Origin: Raillietiella orientalis
Lineage: Eukaryota
Reading direction: 5' to 3'
Length of the DNA: 64,000 nucleotides
Assembly: GCA_036172245.1 (NCBI GenBank)
Contig: JAYWIR010000006.1
Span: 1,426,001-1,490,000 of the forward strand
In this document: piece after piece, positions 1 through 13,903 of the stretch
How the letters are laid out: each line of letters starts with the position of its first letter
Position numbering within the stretch: position 1 is the stretch's first letter
Position numbers and translations under genes: made by a program
The notes under the pieces: generated by a model
The model's input: only the letters and a program-made list of their open reading frames with translations
What the model was told of the DNA's origin: nothing
Database searches by the model: none

Positions 1-2489
1 GGAGCAGATTTTTCTCTTTCACTCCCGGGTTCGCGGCATCACCGGGGAGATCCTGCCCGTTTCATCATCCGGCTGACGTGTCGCTTCTTGTCTGAGAGGA
101 ATTTTGTCATCTCTCGGAGCGAGTTGTCTGGGGCAACGCTTTGTCATCTAATTTTGTCTTCCCAAGACAACCGGCTGAGGAGATGCGGAAGGAAGGAAGG
201 AAAAGGAAAAAACTTATCGATCGGATTGAGACCAGAGGGGCCGAAAATACACGAAGGCGCACGGATGGCTCGGGCCGCGGCGCCCGGAATGAAGATGTTG
301 CCACGGGGAGCCCCGGAACGCTTCCCGCACGTTCCTCAGACGCGTTGGAGGCAGCAGGCGGGTTCGAGGGAAACGAGCGGGCGGGGAAAGAAAGGGGTCC
401 TTCGCTGTCCCTCCACGTGGTCGGCGGCGGGCGGCACGGGAAGATGCGGCAGCGCGCATCTCCGTCCCGCTCACCGCCTGAGATGCGGCGGAAGATGCGA
501 ACACGTGGTCGCTACTGATGCTTCTGCCGCGCCGGGGAACCCGCAGCGCCCCTGCACGACCACCGTCGTCCAGAACGTCATCTGGCAACCGCGCAGCCGG
601 GTCGTCGCTTCGTGACACCGAGAGCTCGGGGCCTCCTGAGGATCCGGGACGACCAGCCCGTCTTGTTAGGGCCTCACACCCCCTCAATCTCCTCCAGCGA
701 TCACGCCTCCTCGTTCTCACGGGACCGGGCACGGTCCGGAGGCAGGGGGTCGATCTTCACCTCCGCCTTCTTCGGCTGCATCCACCTGTGAGTCCAAGGC
801 GACCTCATGTCGGCAGTTCAGGTCGGCGTGCTGGCGTTGTAGTTCCTGTCGGGGGATGCCGAAGGTGTCAGAGGAGTCACCGGGGTACCGTTCGAGTCAG
901 GTCAGGCGGTGGTTGTCCGCGGTGTCTTCCCGTCGCGCCGCACCTTGGCCGAACGGCGGAATATCAGTTCTCAAACTGGCGAGGCCCGAAGGCTTGCGTC
1001 TTGGACGGAGATGACCGCCATCTCCGCGTAGCCGGGCACCCCTCCGCGGTTCCTCGCCGGAGGGAAGGAAGAGAGGGGGAGAGGGAGATCCTTTCCCGTC
1101 GGCAGAAAGGAGGAAGAGGAACAGGAAGAGGAGGAGGAGGAAGGAATGAGGAGGAGGAGGAAAAAGGAAAGATCCGTTAGTCCTCGCAGCTCAGGTGGAT
1201 GTCCGCGATGTCGGGCCGTCGGCGGGAGAAATCCGCTCGCGCAGCGTCAGCAACCACGGGATTGCGTCGCTCCGCACGCTTTTCTTTTTTTGCTTGTTCT
1301 CCTCTCCCCAACTAGCGCTCGCCTCCCGAGCGACGAAGGACGTGTGAATGCTAACCTCGTTAAGGGACTCCGGGGGTCTGCCGCTATCCTTAAATTAGCG
1401 GGAAGTTCCGAAAGTCTTCGCTCTTGAGACGGGGATGGGGAGGTCCTCCGCTTTTCCTTTCCGGGCTCCCCGGGATCACCTCTCCTTCCCGAGGTGAAGT
1501 ATCCATCTTTTTCTCGTTAAGAATCCGAGCTGTTCGTCATCCCAGAAAGCGGACGATTTTTCACGACAGACAGCCTGGAATGTCCTCTCCCTCCACCTCT
1601 GGTTTTCCTCCCGACTCCTCGTACCCAAACAAGACGCGCGGGGGAGAGCCGGAAGGAGGAGGAGGAGGGGGCGACGGCGGCTGACGAGCGTCGGACAAGG
1701 GGGTTCTCCCCTCTCCACTTCCCCCGCGCCCTGCCACCTCAGGAACCGCTCGACTTTATTTTGACAATTCGCGGATCTCCGAGGAGCCGTCCGTGTTGAG
1801 GGAGATGCGTGTCTCCAGCACGCCGGGGGCGGGCGCCTCTCGCGCCTTCCTCTGGCACTGGAGCCGCCGCCTTCTCAATCACCCCGATTGGGTCTTTTTT
1901 TTTTTTCAGTTTTTTCTGCTTCATTTTTATTTTTATTTTATTTTATTTTATTTTTTCTGCCCTCCCCCCCCCCTCCCTCCTTCCCGAGCGGCCAACTCCG
2001 CTTTTCCATGGCAACCGCGGGACGGGCCCTGGTTTCGTCTTCAGGTCCGCTTGATGGATTTATCAAACGTCTGTCAAGGAGGCCCTTCGAGTTTAGACGG
2101 CGGCTGCGCGCCGCCGCCGCACGAGAGCGGGCGATTCGGGCGTTCCTCCGGAGCCGACGCGGAAATCCGCCGCTACCCGCTACCCCCTCGGACTTCCCCG
2201 GCGGAGTCGCCGGGTCTCCGAAGCCTACACGCCGGCAGGTTGCTGCCCTCCCTGAGGGAGCAGATGGGCAGCAGCCGGCCGTCAAGATGAGGGACCTCCT
2301 GCGAGGTGAACTCTAGGAGGAAAGAGGTTGGTTGACCGTGGGCCAGCTCACAGACGCTGCAGCCCCAAGTGCCCCCTCCCCTCTAGCCAGGAATCCCCGA
2401 GAAATTCCCCCGGGAACACTTCGAATGGCTCACGGAGCTCCTCCCCCCTCTCAAGTGAGGGGAGGCGGCGATCCTGCTGTTTCCCTGGG

Positions 2490-3045
2490 GCCTCTCATGC
2501 CCGCCGGCATTGCTGGACCTGGGAAGAGGGGGAGGGGAAGGGGGCGTGTCCGCCCGAACTCCAGCAGGAGCGGAGAGCAGGAATCTCTTCCTCACCGGCT
2601 CGTGGGCCGCGTTGCCCTCCGGTCTCCATGGTGACCTTCTGCCGCGACCCTGCGGACCTCCCGGCAGCAACCCCAGAAATGCCTCTTCGTGCGCGGTGTC
2701 CTGCCGCATCCCCAGCAGCTCTCCTTGCTGCCTTCGCGGGACTGCGGTCGGCCACCTGGAGAGCTGCCAAGAGGGGCCGGGACGACGGGGACGCCGTCCA
2801 CCTTGCAGCCCGCTTCTTGAGGGTGGCATCGAGGTGGCCCCATCTGGGAAGCACGCAGTCTGAACTTGCCGGCACCCTCGGACGGAGGCAGAGGACGCCC
2901 CAGGGTTTCCCCTATTTACTTTTATTTAACTTTCCCTTTTGTCTGTTCCCCTCCCCCCTGCTGCTGAGGCGACCCTGGCCCCTGCCCAATCGGCCGGTTC
3001 TTCGGTCAGCGGACCACGTGGTAGGAGCAGCATCCCCACCATTGC
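2490..3045 (+). mobile_element. Degenerate 3' fragment of an L1/Tx1-type non-LTR retrotransposon (zf-RVT region plus 3' UTR)
   Basis: Colinear with the reverse complement of 55913-56566. PNSSRSGEQESLPHRLVGRVALRSPW aligns with SNCARCGECESLPHLLADCVALWSLW, and HLAARFLRVASRWPHLGSTQSELAGTL aligns with HLAVRFIRMATK*LHLDSNIQQELAGIL. Both continue into a T-rich tract. The zinc ligands are mutated, with stops and frameshifts. Confidence 0.7.
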
Positions 3046-6000
3046 CTTTGCGCGGTCACGGGTTGCGAGAAACGCCCCTGGGCGGCCGTGTGAGAAGGAG
3101 GACTGATTCCGGCACCCATCTCCGGTGCCGTGCGAGAGGCGCCGACCCTCCTCCGAGAGCGCGCGCGGGGCGGCGCGGCTCCTCGCTCGCCTCCCGCCGA
3201 AAGTCTTCTCCCTCGCGAGGGAGAAGAGGCACGCAGCGCCACAGTGACTTCGCCTTGTTGCCGAAAGGCACAAGGCCGGTCCTCGAGCACTGTCCCTTCC
3301 CTCCGGCAAGGGGATGCGCACTGCCTCCTGCCGCACGGGTCGAGTGACGAGCAGCGGTTCTAGACCTTCCACTCCCCCTCCCGGACGACGACGGACGGAC
3401 CTTCCCGGACGTCCTCCGGGGGGCGCCCCGCGCCCAGGAGACGTGCGAGTTTCCTCCCTGACAAGCACAGGAACGGCAGCGGCCCTTTCCTTCTTCCTCT
3501 CTCCAGCTTTCCCTTGGTAGCAGCAGAGCCTCCAGCCATACCTGCCAGCGGCTGGCGGAAATCCCTTCCCCTTCTCCTCCTCCGGAAGAGTGGGCTGGAT
3601 CGACCCGTTCCCGGTCTCCTCTTCAGGATCGGCCGTCTGTCCGCAACCTGCGCTGGGAACGTCCATCCCACCCTCATAAAGAAAGTTTTTTTTTTTTTTT
3701 TCTGCTGCTGCCGTAGCGACGCGTCAGACACGTCCGTGCACATCCGATGGTGGCTCACTGCCCCCCTTCTCTCTCTTCCCCATTTCCGTTCTGCAACGAC
3801 CGCGCACACGTCGCTCCGAGAGGCGGCTTTGCGCAACTCTTCCGAAGGTTCCCGAAGGTTTATGGTCAGCTAATCGGCCATCTGCGTTAACGACTCGGAA
3901 TTTTATGCCCCGCCTCGTTTGGCAGGACGGGCCGCACCGCGGCCGTGCCCGGAGAGGTGCTCCGCATAAACACTTTCACTTGATCGAGGCGACGAGGGGA
4001 GTCAGCCCCCCTTTCCTCCTCTTCCAGAATGGTCCCAACGACGAGACCTCCCCTCCTCTGCTTCGTTCCATCCTCCCGTCCCGTCCCTCCCCTTCGCTTC
4101 CTTCCCGCCGGCGGTTTTCCGCGGTGCCGTCCGAGAGCCGCTCGGCGCCGTCTCTTCCGCGGCAACCCGGCACCGGCGGCCGCCGGTTTTAATTTTTCCC
4201 CGAGGATCCGCGGGCCTCCGCGCTGCTCCCTCTCTCTCGGGCTCCCCTCCCCCCTTCCCCCGATCGCCACGTTCTCGATTCATTCATTCTCAGTGGGACC
4301 CGCGCGGGAGCGCACGCGCGCGGCAGATCTCTCGCGGACGTCCATCTCATTAATTCTGGATCACGTGAGCCCTGCGCGCGTCTCGCTCCGCGGAAGACGT
4401 CGAAAGAGCGAGCGAAGCACAGCAGCAGCAGCAGCAGCAGCCCTTCCGCGTGGCCTGAGAAGCACGCTCCGCCGCCTTCCTGACCCCCTCGTCCCCCTGC
4501 TGACCGGCCGACTCATTCAGCGCTGCCCCGTGCCCGTTTCCCCGCGAAGAACCAGGCGGGGGAGGAAGCAAGAGGAAGGGATTTTTTTCCTTTCTTTCCT
4601 TCCTCTTCCGAAGAGGCGCTCCCAGATTTCTCTGAAGGGAGCGGCGCGCTTCTTGGCACACTCGGGGGAGGCGACCTCTCGAGGGGAGTATCCGGCAGCT
4701 CCACGGTTCCCTTTTCGAACCCCGGAGGACTCGTCGACTCCTGGAAGGGGGACGACTTTCGATTCTGGCCAGTCAACGGGGGTAGGGGGGGACGTCCGGC
4801 TTCCAGCAGCGCTGTCCCCGAAGGATATCGACCAGCCAACACCAGCGTCATCCTGAGGAGGGGAACCCACGACTTCTCTTCCCCCTCCCGTTGTCTCCCA
4901 GCGCCAACCCTTTCCCTGCATAGAGATTCGAACCTGCAGCACTCGCTGCCACGCTCGCAGAGACCGCAGCCGCACGTGAGCCTCTCCGGAGGGATCCCCC
5001 GGAGGGGACAGCTCTTCATTTCTTCCGAAGGGATGCCCCCTTCCTCATCCTTTCCTTTTTGGGCGTCATCCGGCTCACCGAGAGGGAGCACGGCGACGAG
5101 TGGGTCTTGCCTGTTTTCCCCGCTTTCCGAAGGACGACAGGGGTCTTCTTCGCCGTGAGCGCGCACGTTCCCCCCTTCTTTTCCCCCCTACCCCTCCCTC
5201 TTTTTTCCCCGATTTTTCTGTTGATGAGTTGCATTTCCTTTTCGGAGCCGATCAATGAGAACGGATCGCCGCCTTCAGCGCACATGACCTCGTTCGCCCC
5301 CTCCCTCCTCGTCCCCCCTTCCCCCCGTTCGCCTGACCGTCGTACACACGTGATCCCTGTGTACCTCCGTTTCCGGTTAGCCTTCACGTGTTCGGAAAGG
5401 ACACGGGAACGGTGAACTCGAGGGAGGTGTGCAGAAGTCGAAAGGAGAATCGATAAGGAGGAGGTGGACAAAAAGTCGAAGGAAACGGACGTTTCCGTTG
5501 ATTGTGATGGCCCTTCAAGGCAGGCAGGCAAACGCCTCCGACCGTTCCTTTATGGCCCGACCCGGAGCGCTATCTCACCGGCAAATCTTGAATTAAATCA
5601 GCCGAAAGCGGTTTATTTATACATACACGCACGTATATAGATGTACACGTATTGTTTCCTGACGCGCTCACCTGACAGTGAAGTGCGGCAGTCCCCGAAA
5701 ATAAATGCTGGTGAGCTGCGAAACAGAGCTCAGACGTGGCAGGAGCCCAGTAGAATACCAAAAGAGTCCCCGACGGGGAAAAAACACCTGAGATTTTTTC
5801 ACGGTCGATTGATCCTCCGGTTATTTATTTATTTATTGTCTTTCTTCCTTCCTTCTTCCCTTTTTCTTTCCCTCCAGAGCAACAAGTTCTGCTGCTTGAT
5901 TTTGTATTTGCGTGCTGCTCTAGAATCTTCTTCCGCTGCTGCCATACCATACAGTCCCTTTTCTCTCAGTAATTGTGCTGACGTCACCGACGCTGATCTG

Positions 6001-7099
6001 CTACAGGCAGTGGCTGCTCCTCGTACGCAACGGGAGCTCTCGCGCTCTCCCGAAAGTCCACGGCCGAATGTCCGGTTCGCTGCTGTCGAGGGCGGGAACG
6101 CTAGGGGATTCACCCGCACGGGGGCTCTCTCCTTCTCCCGAGACGCCGCCAGCAACCACGTGGCCGCGGGGAGTTCTTCCGCGGCGATCTCCTTCTCCGG
6201 AAAGTTTCGCTCCGACAGCTTTCCAGCTCGGAAGACATCCTGCACCCCCCCCCCCCCACACACATCCCTTCGGAGTCCGCAGAAGTGGCCCCCGGGAGCG
6301 GGGGGTTTCCGAGGCGGTGAGAGTGTGCGCGTTCCACGAACGTCCCGCTTGCGCGTGCACGCGCATCGTACGTGCAGGGGGGAGAGCATGGATTCCGAGG
6401 GAGTTCCGAGGATATCGGCAGCCTCCGAATCGGAGGTTGCCGCGGCTTTGGTTCTTGCGGCTGTGAAATCCGGCAGTGGCTGCGCTCTTGGAAAACGGAA
6501 AACTGGAGATGATGGACCACGCTTCCCTCTGAGCGGAGGAGCAAGTAGAGCAAGTCCTTGGAAGGAACGGCAACACGGACGTTTGCTCGACCCGACCTGC
6601 CGTGTGATTCTTGCAGGGACTCCAGCGAAGAATGGGGCTGATGCTGCATCCCCGCAGAGCCAAGATCGGTAGGTTGCTTCGCAGTGTCCAAGAATCGCTC
6701 CTGAAGCGCGCAGCCAGCACTCCCACTCCTGGATCTCCTGAGCCGTCTGCGCATCGTCCGCTGTCCTGGAAACCAGCGGCGTGGTTTCCACGAGCTGTGA
6801 TCCCAGGCAGAGAGTGCATCATCACCTGCAAAGCGGAAGAACGGAGTGGAGGCGCACCGCTCGCACATCATGTGCACACGTGAACACGTGTGCATACGGC
6901 ATGCGCACCAAAGGTCTTCGGCGTAGATGGACACACCTGCAAGGCTGCACGCATGTGGCACGCACGGGTACGCACACACACGTGAGTGGACACGTGTGTG
7001 CGTGCGTGTACGGGGACTTGCGAGTCGCCCGCACCGCGGTGTATGTGGAAACACCCCGTGAGTGGACGTGGGGTGACCGGTGGGGATTCGGAAGAAAGG

Positions 7100-7555
7100 C
7101 CTGCCAGCTTGATTGCCGCCGTCCCCGTCTGCTGCTCCACTTGGCAGCTCCTTCGGAAGAGGTGCAGATGGAGCATCCGGCTTGCTTTCCGCCGCTGCTC
7201 CTCGGGCGTTCGCTGGGCCCGCGCCTCCTTCTGGATTCCCGAGATGCGTCCCTGCCCTCGTTCGGGGGATTCGCGAGCCACTCTTTCCTTTCGCAAGAGC
7301 TCTGGGTAGCTTCCCCTGCTGCAACCGTGATGTCCTCGTTGAAAGCTGGGAGCGTGCTGCCAACGCTACTGGCGAGTGCATCCGCTAGCGGGCACCCGGG
7401 GAACTGGAAAGAAGAGAGGAAGGGGGACCTCTCCGGGGTGAGGAGTCTATCCAGGAAAAAGAAGGAAGACTGTCCCTCAACGACGGCGCCATGTGGGAAG
7501 AGAGCTGGCGGCCACCAGAGCTGCTCCCTGAAAGAGACGGGCCAGTTACTGCCTG
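7100..7555 (-). mobile_element. Degenerate L2-type LINE ORF2 fragment (endonuclease-RT linker)
   Basis: Minus-strand pieces FLSSFQFPGCPLADALASSVGSTL and IQKEARAQRTPEEQRRKASRMLHLHLFRRSCQV...AAIKLA resemble the L2 linker pattern (VDDLVS.FNSTL...K..R..ERKWRK...H...YK.....Y..AIK.A). Frameshifted. Confidence 0.45.
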
Positions 7556-10500
7556 CCACTGCTGCTGCCGCTCTCTGAGCGCCATTCGCGTGGATGCCAC
7601 CGGACGAAGAGGAGTGAGAGAAAAGGGAGGTGAACGACAGGCGAGACCGGGCAGAGTGTGGCCTGCGACGAGTCGCAGCTCCGGTAGCACGGAGTCGCGA
7701 CTCATCGCAGCCCCCGCTTTCCGAGAAGTCGTCTTCCTGGGCGTGCGTGCAACTCCCTGGCTTCGGGCTCAGAGGCGCCACAGCCGTGACCTCTTCGTCG
7801 CGGAGCGACACGAAGACAGGACGTTGCGTCTGACGAACGATCCCTCCCTCTACGGAGAAAGGAACGTGTACACCCCCTTCCCTTTGCGAGTGACTGCCTG
7901 GAGGACGCCGCACTGGAGGGCTCCCCCTTCCAGCTAAGAGAAAGCTCTTAGATGTCCTCAAGAACCACCATGTGAGGTCCTGGGGAAGCGGAAAGAGGTG
8001 TACACGGGAGAGGTGCCGCCGAGGGCGACTCTCCTCCGGGAGTGGAGCACGTGATCGGGAAGCACGCCGTCCTTTTTTTGGACGCACCCGTGCGGTGCGA
8101 TGGACGAACGGGGCTCTTCCCTCCCACTCCTCATTTTGCGTATCTCCAGGGACGGTGGCGTTGGCATCCCTTCCGGCAAGGGATCGAGGGATTGAGGGAG
8201 GGTCCGTAGGAGGCTGCCATTCCTCGTCACCGGGGAAACCTGCCGGCGGCGATGCTAGGGAGGGCTTCCGCGTCTGCTGCTCCCGGACTGGCAACGGTAA
8301 AAAAAACGCTCTGTTCCGCGCCTTCAGCATCTCTTCATCCCTTCTTTTCCTCCTCCAGACTGGGGATCTTTCCCTGCTCCGTTCCAGCAGAGCCCGCGGG
8401 AGGCAGAGATTCGGCCCCTTCCCGGCGTGCTTTTCCCGGCAACGAGAGGGAGGATGCAGCGGAACTTCCCGGCGAAGGACAGCGCGGCTGCGACCTTTTT
8501 TGGTTTTTGGTCCGGACGAAGGAGCGAGAAAGGAAGCCGAGGAGAGGTGATCGGAAGGGCGTGGCATCGACGCCCGCACGGAGAGTGAGAGCATCTGAGG
8601 AAGAGCATCCTCCCCTCCCTCCGCTGCGGAGTCCCGAGATCCTCGGCTGAGGAAACTGAGGTCCGGCGTGGGCAGTGAAGAGGGGGGAAAGGGAAGGGGG
8701 AGGAGGAAGATGCAGAACTCGCACGAGAGCAACCGACGCCAATCCGCCGCTGCCACACTCCAAGCGAGGAAAACTCGTGAATTTTCGACACGCGGACGTT
8801 GCCGAGGACTCCGCGAAAGCGCTTGCAGGGCATCCCTCTTCCCTGATAGCCGCCGCTGCCTCCCGCTCGCGGCGCACGGAGCGGTAGGGACGCAGAGGAC
8901 ATTCCGCGCGCACGTGGGCTCGCCTTCTCGTCCTCCGGGAGCCCATCCAGCCGCGTGCGGACGCGCCTCTCAGGGAAGGTCACGGGCGAAATGTCGTGCG
9001 GATGACGGCGGCTATAGGTCCTCGGTCCCCTTCGACCTGCTCCCCTCCGTCGCTTTTCCCTGCCAGTGTCCACCCGCCCCATCCGTGCGCGCGCGAATCC
9101 GCCCACCCTCTGGGCAGATATCCAAGGAAGGGGGCGACGCTTCGAGTTTGATTGGCAGGCGGGACAAGGGGAGAAGAGAAGAGCCCGGCAAAGGCAGCCT
9201 GGCGCATCCCAGGAGCGCGCGTGCGCGCGCGCGTTCACCCGAGGGCACCCTCCCGGCCGGGAAGGTGCAGATGCGCAGGCGCCATGAGCCGCGGTGCCTG
9301 CAGGTCTTGGCCCCGGAAGGCAATCCGTCAGAAGGTGAGATCGAGGAATGGGAAGGGAAGGAAGCACGGAGTCCCGGACCTACCGCGTCTCGTACCACGT
9401 GTGTTCCCTCCCCCGCGGCGAAAAGGCGAGCGTCGGATGGCGGAGGAGGGGAGGGGAGGGGAGGAGGAATCTCAGAGTCCGGATAAGAAGGTCGAGGAAG
9501 TCAAGGAAGGGAGGATGGCGACAGAGATGCTCCCGCGGGAAAGTTGGGACACGGGCTAAGAGAGGACAGACAGTCCTCCCCTCGAGAAAGAAGGGGGCGA
9601 TGTCAAGGAAAGCGACAGGACCGGACCACCAGGGTGGTCCCCTGGGATGACTGGCTTCCGTACCGACTGCGAGGGAGGGGGAGAGGAAGGCAAGCAAGAG
9701 AGGAATCGCCAGGACAGGAGGAGACACGAAGCGGGAGTGGCCCTCGGGAAGCGTCCCTCCGGAACAGAGGACTTTTTTTTTTTTTTTTTCTTCCCCCGGG
9801 CATCGGAGCCGAGCGAGGGGCTCGCCTCCCCTCGGCTTGGTACCCGTCCGCCGCGTGGGCTGATCAGCGGCTGCTGCTGCTGCAGCTCGCGTGTGGCCAC
9901 GCGGATCTGCGCGGGGGATCGAACCGACGTGCCCGAGAGAAGCCGCTCCGGCGAGAGAGCGGGAAGGACGTGCGTTGCCCACCCGCGTGCGACCACGAGG
10001 CAACAGCGAGCAACTGCCGCTGTCGCCACCAGTTCGGCAAGGGGCAAGAGAGGGCCCTCCGGTGCCACCTGTCGTCCGGTGGGGGGAGGGAGGGAGGGAG
10101 GGGGAAGGAAAAGGAACCGCGGCGCATTCCAAGCCACGCGCGCACCCGAAGTTTCGGGGAGGGAGGGAGGGAAGGAGGAAAGATTATATAGCAGCCCAGC
10201 AGAAGCTCCAAGGACGCGGAGGGAACCGAAAAGTTTCGTACGTGTGCGACAGATGCGCCGCGGCGGATAGCGGAGGCTTCCACGTGGCTCTCGTTCCCAA
10301 CACGTACCTGAAACGGTAGCGACTGCCCTTCCCTCTTTTTTTTTTCCCTTTCCTTTTGGGAAGGGGGGGGGGGGGGTTCTCATTCAGCAGGGCGAGCGAG
10401 GGAGAGCTCTGCTGAGCCTCCTGCCGTCCACTTGTTGACCGTTTCGTTCGATCGCTGCAGCCATCGTGAATCACACGCGCACTCCCCCGCTGAGCGCTTC

Positions 10501-11078
10501 CGCAAGCGGTGTTTATGCATTTCATCGGTGCCTATTCCGTGGGGCGTGACATCATTGTCCATTCTGCAGAATGCTTCCTCCGTGACTCCCCCTCTCCATC
10601 ATCCAAACGACCTGAACGCTGTTTGGATTTTTCGTTCAATGGAGGAACCACTTTTTTCCTTTTTCCTTTTTTTTTTGTCAGGCTTACGCCAGAAATCCCG
10701 GATCCTCCTCCTCCTTCCGGAACCCACTCCGACGCGAACACCCGAACGCCCCCCCCTCGAATATCGCCGATTTTCTCGGAGATCACCGGAGAGAAATTCA
10801 CTTTCAGAAGGGCGCACAAAAACGAAAGAGGAAGATTTTCGTTTTCACCGCGAGCCCGGTAAAAGACCGAGGACGCTTCGCGGCAGTTGCTCGTGCCATT
10901 TATCCTCCGCGCACCATGGCAACAGGGCCCACGAAATGCCCGGAGTGAAACCACCTGTTTCCCAAGAGTCGGGGGAGCCGCCGACAGAAAGATCACGCGG
11001 GGCGCGGAGAGAGAGCGTTCTCTGCAACGGTGCTTTCCGATCCCGAAAGCGGGACCGATCCTCACCGAATATTATTGA

Positions 11079-11083
11079 TTTTT

Positions 11084-11126
<43 letters not shown>

Positions 11127-11146
11127 CTCTCTCCCCCCCCCCCCCC
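11079..11146. repeat. Compound poly-T / (CT)n / poly-C microsatellite
   Basis: Directly visible T run, then (CT)n at 11091-11133, then a C run. Confidence 0.95.
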
Positions 11147-11571
11147 GTTCTTCCCTGCCTTCCTTTCTTCTCTAAACGAAGACATCAAAACGTTTTTAAA
11201 GTTTGTTAATTGCCTATTGCACTCTTTACCGAGAGCGACGGTTGGCCGAACCGACGCGCGATGGGATGAATTCGGGATGAAATTACGATCTAAAGTTGGG
11301 CGATGGCTGCATCCACCTGCTGGATCGGAGTCGAAACGAAAACAGAAAAGGGTTCTTCGAAACTGTGCGATCCCCCCCCTCCCTCCCCCCCTCTTCCGTT
11401 GCGAACTGTATCGGATTCTTTTTTCCTCCTCCTCGTTTTTTATGTTCGGAAAAATTTCATGACTTTTGCTCCGTTCGCAGAGGGAGGAGGGAGGAGGGGG
11501 GAGAGGGAGAGAGGAAAAAAAAAAAAATGCCAATTAGCGCCCGAGCGTACTCGATGGTTTTTTCGTTTTTT

Positions 11572-11572
<1 letters not shown>

Positions 11573-11603
<31 letters not shown>
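11573..11603. repeat. Poly-T homopolymer (31 nt)
   Basis: Directly visible. Confidence 0.95.
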
Positions 11604-11607
<4 letters not shown>

Positions 11608-12189
11608 AATTTCGCAATTAATGGAGCGGCAGCAGCTGATGAGGCTGCAGAAGTTATAAAGCTCCGCGAAGGGTCCGCCGGCCGTCGTCGCAAACGACGC
11701 GGGCGACGTTTTTGCTGCCTCCCATCTCGCCAAAGGAAGGAAAGCATCGGAAATTTGAATTTCTGATGTTTCGAATTGTTTTCCGAATTTCCAAAGTGCC
11801 GCCGCCGCCGCCGCCGAGATGCGACCGCGTGGCGGTCAGTGGGGATCTCCGGGCGACGGTCCCGGAGAGCCCCGGGGGAGGCGACCGTCGGCTCCGTATG
11901 GACCCGGACGGCGGTTGCCCCGTGGACGGAGGTTCGCTTCCAGCAGGCGAGGAGTCGACGAACGCTTTGAAGAAAAAAAAAAAAAAAAAAGTCGAGGAGG
12001 AAAGCAATTAATGGCTCAAGAAATGAAGGAATCGACCCGAAAGGCCTTGCAGATGCTGTTGGCGGCAGCAGCTGTATTTGTTTAGGATGTTCGCTACGGT
12101 GTGTGATGAGTGTACCGAACAGCCTTGATCCATTTCAAGTATGCTGCCACCCGACCTGTGCACCGCAGCAGCCTTTTCTTTTTTTAAAT

Positions 12190-12365
12190 CACTCCTACGA
12201 ATAACACCATTAATAATAATGCCTGAGATGTCAGAGCGGTCGTTTATCTGAGGAATTTCGTACGGTCGCAAACATCGCGGAAAGCGCGCGATCCATTTCG
12301 CATGATAAAATTTATTGCATACATTATGCAGTTTACTCGCGAGCTGATTTACATTAAATATCCGG
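12190..12365. promoter_or_regulatory. Candidate enhancer / conserved non-coding element
   Basis: AT-rich, high-complexity island in a GC-rich background. Several TAAT/ATTA cores and a PBX-HOX-like TGATTTAC at 12345-12352. Conservation not tested. Confidence 0.4.
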
Positions 12366-13064
12366 CTCCTGCGTGCAGGAAGTGAGAAGCTCTCCGGGAA
12401 AATTGGCCCGGAGATCGCCGAACCGAAGTGCACGCCTCGTGTGTGTGTGTGTGTGTGTGTGTCGAAAAGGTCCCTGGGCGCAGATGACATGAATTACACA
12501 TTAAGTCCGTCAGACATTGCCCGCGTCGAGAGCAACAGCACATCGCCGAGGACTAATTACTGCATCCGAAGAAGAAGAAGAAGAAGAAGAAAAGCCAAGA
12601 TCAAGAAGCAAGCAGCAGCTTCCCCCCTCCCTCCCCCATCTCGACGCTTAGCATGAAATGCCACATGCAAATGAGCCTTCTTCTATCGTGGGCCGCTTTC
12701 GAGAGGAAACAACTTGGGAAAGAATAATGCAACCATCACAGAAGTTCATGCCCAGGAAAATTGGGCCTTCGTCAGGAAGCACCCAAACCCACACGGAGAC
12801 ACTTTTTCTTCTTTTCTTGACGGGGACAGGATGGGAGGAGGGGGGACAGGATATTCACCCCCCCCCCCCAAAAAAAAAGAAGGAAGAAAAAGAAAAAAAA
12901 AAAAGTCATCCTTCGCAATTACTACTGCGTGTGCATTCATTAATCTTAGAGCGACTCCGATCTTCGGAAGAGCAGTTTGTCGCACCACCGTTTCTCCCGG
13001 TGGATTCCTCCTAACATCGCGAAGTAATCCTACAAAACCTGAGAGTGGGAGAAAAACACAGCGG

Positions 13065-13215
13065 AGGCAAATGAGACTACAATTACAGACCCGGGATGAA
13101 ATTGCATTTAAAATATGATCCCATTTGCAGCATCATTCTCCCTCACTCCCCCCCCCCCCTCCCCATCAATCCCTATCTTATATCCAGTAATCATGCAATC
13201 AATGATTGCATGGAT
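13065..13215. promoter_or_regulatory. Candidate enhancer / conserved non-coding element with a palindromic site
   Basis: AT-rich complex block containing AATTAC, ATGAAATTGCAT and the inverted repeat CATGCAATC-aat-GATTGCATG at 13192-13212. Confidence 0.4.
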
Positions 13216-13865
13216 ACCTCGGAAAGGAAAATTCGAGGATTAAGCCGTAGCCATGGCAGTTGGTCGCTGCGAGACGAACAAGTAGGATGCAAAGTTGCAC
13301 GGTAAATGGAAGAAGCCGTGCCTCCTCCAGCGCCACTTCTTCCTCGGCCTTTTTTTCCTTTTCTGTTTTTTTTTTGTTCTTTTTTTTGTTGTTGTTGTTG
13401 TTTCGCGCGCGCGCGCGCGCACAACGCGCGCGGTGTTTCTGAGGAGAGCGGGCAATCAAAACGTCCGGCAATCCAAACGCTCGCGAAAAGATTCCCGATA
13501 CATTTCACTTGATCTTTAACGGATGTTTGCTATCACACCCTGCACTCCCGTTAGAGCTTTTAGTCAACTCTTGGTCGCTTCTATTTCCTTATCGTTTAAG
13601 TGGTCCGCAAGCTGGTAGTCTGGACGTGGATTTATCTCTGCTACACATCTGGAATTATTGATTTCGGATTTCGAGCGCAGCTCGACGGAACGAGAAATCC
13701 GTTTATTACGGCCAGGGCGGGCGCCCTCGCCGGGCAGTGCACGGGGCAGCTGACCAGAGCTTTCCACGGGTCACACGAGGGCGAGCGCGCATAAATCGTC
13801 ACGTGAGCAAATAGGGCGCCTCTCGTGGTGTGTGCGCAGCGAACGTGCTTGGCAGGTAGGCATAT

Positions 13866-13867
<2 letters not shown>

Positions 13868-13901
<34 letters not shown>
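13868..13901. repeat. (GT)17 microsatellite
   Basis: Directly visible. Further (CA)n and (TG)n tracts follow to about 14095. Confidence 0.95.

Positions 13902-13903
<2 letters not shown>

Noticed and set aside
6600..6836. RFAGDDAL / ADDAQ pieces resembling an RT YADD motif (minus strand)
   Set aside because: Isolated short motifs without ordered flanking RT motifs.
8648..8662. tgaggaaactgagg, resembling the MIR/CORE-SINE core
   Set aside because: Only about 14 nt match and the flanks do not extend it.
6822..8756. Longest ORF in the track (644 aa, minus strand)
   Set aside because: R/S/P/G-rich with no domain or codon periodicity, and overlapped by equally long ORFs in other frames. Expected in GC-rich DNA. 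Only a small part overlaps an L2 relic.
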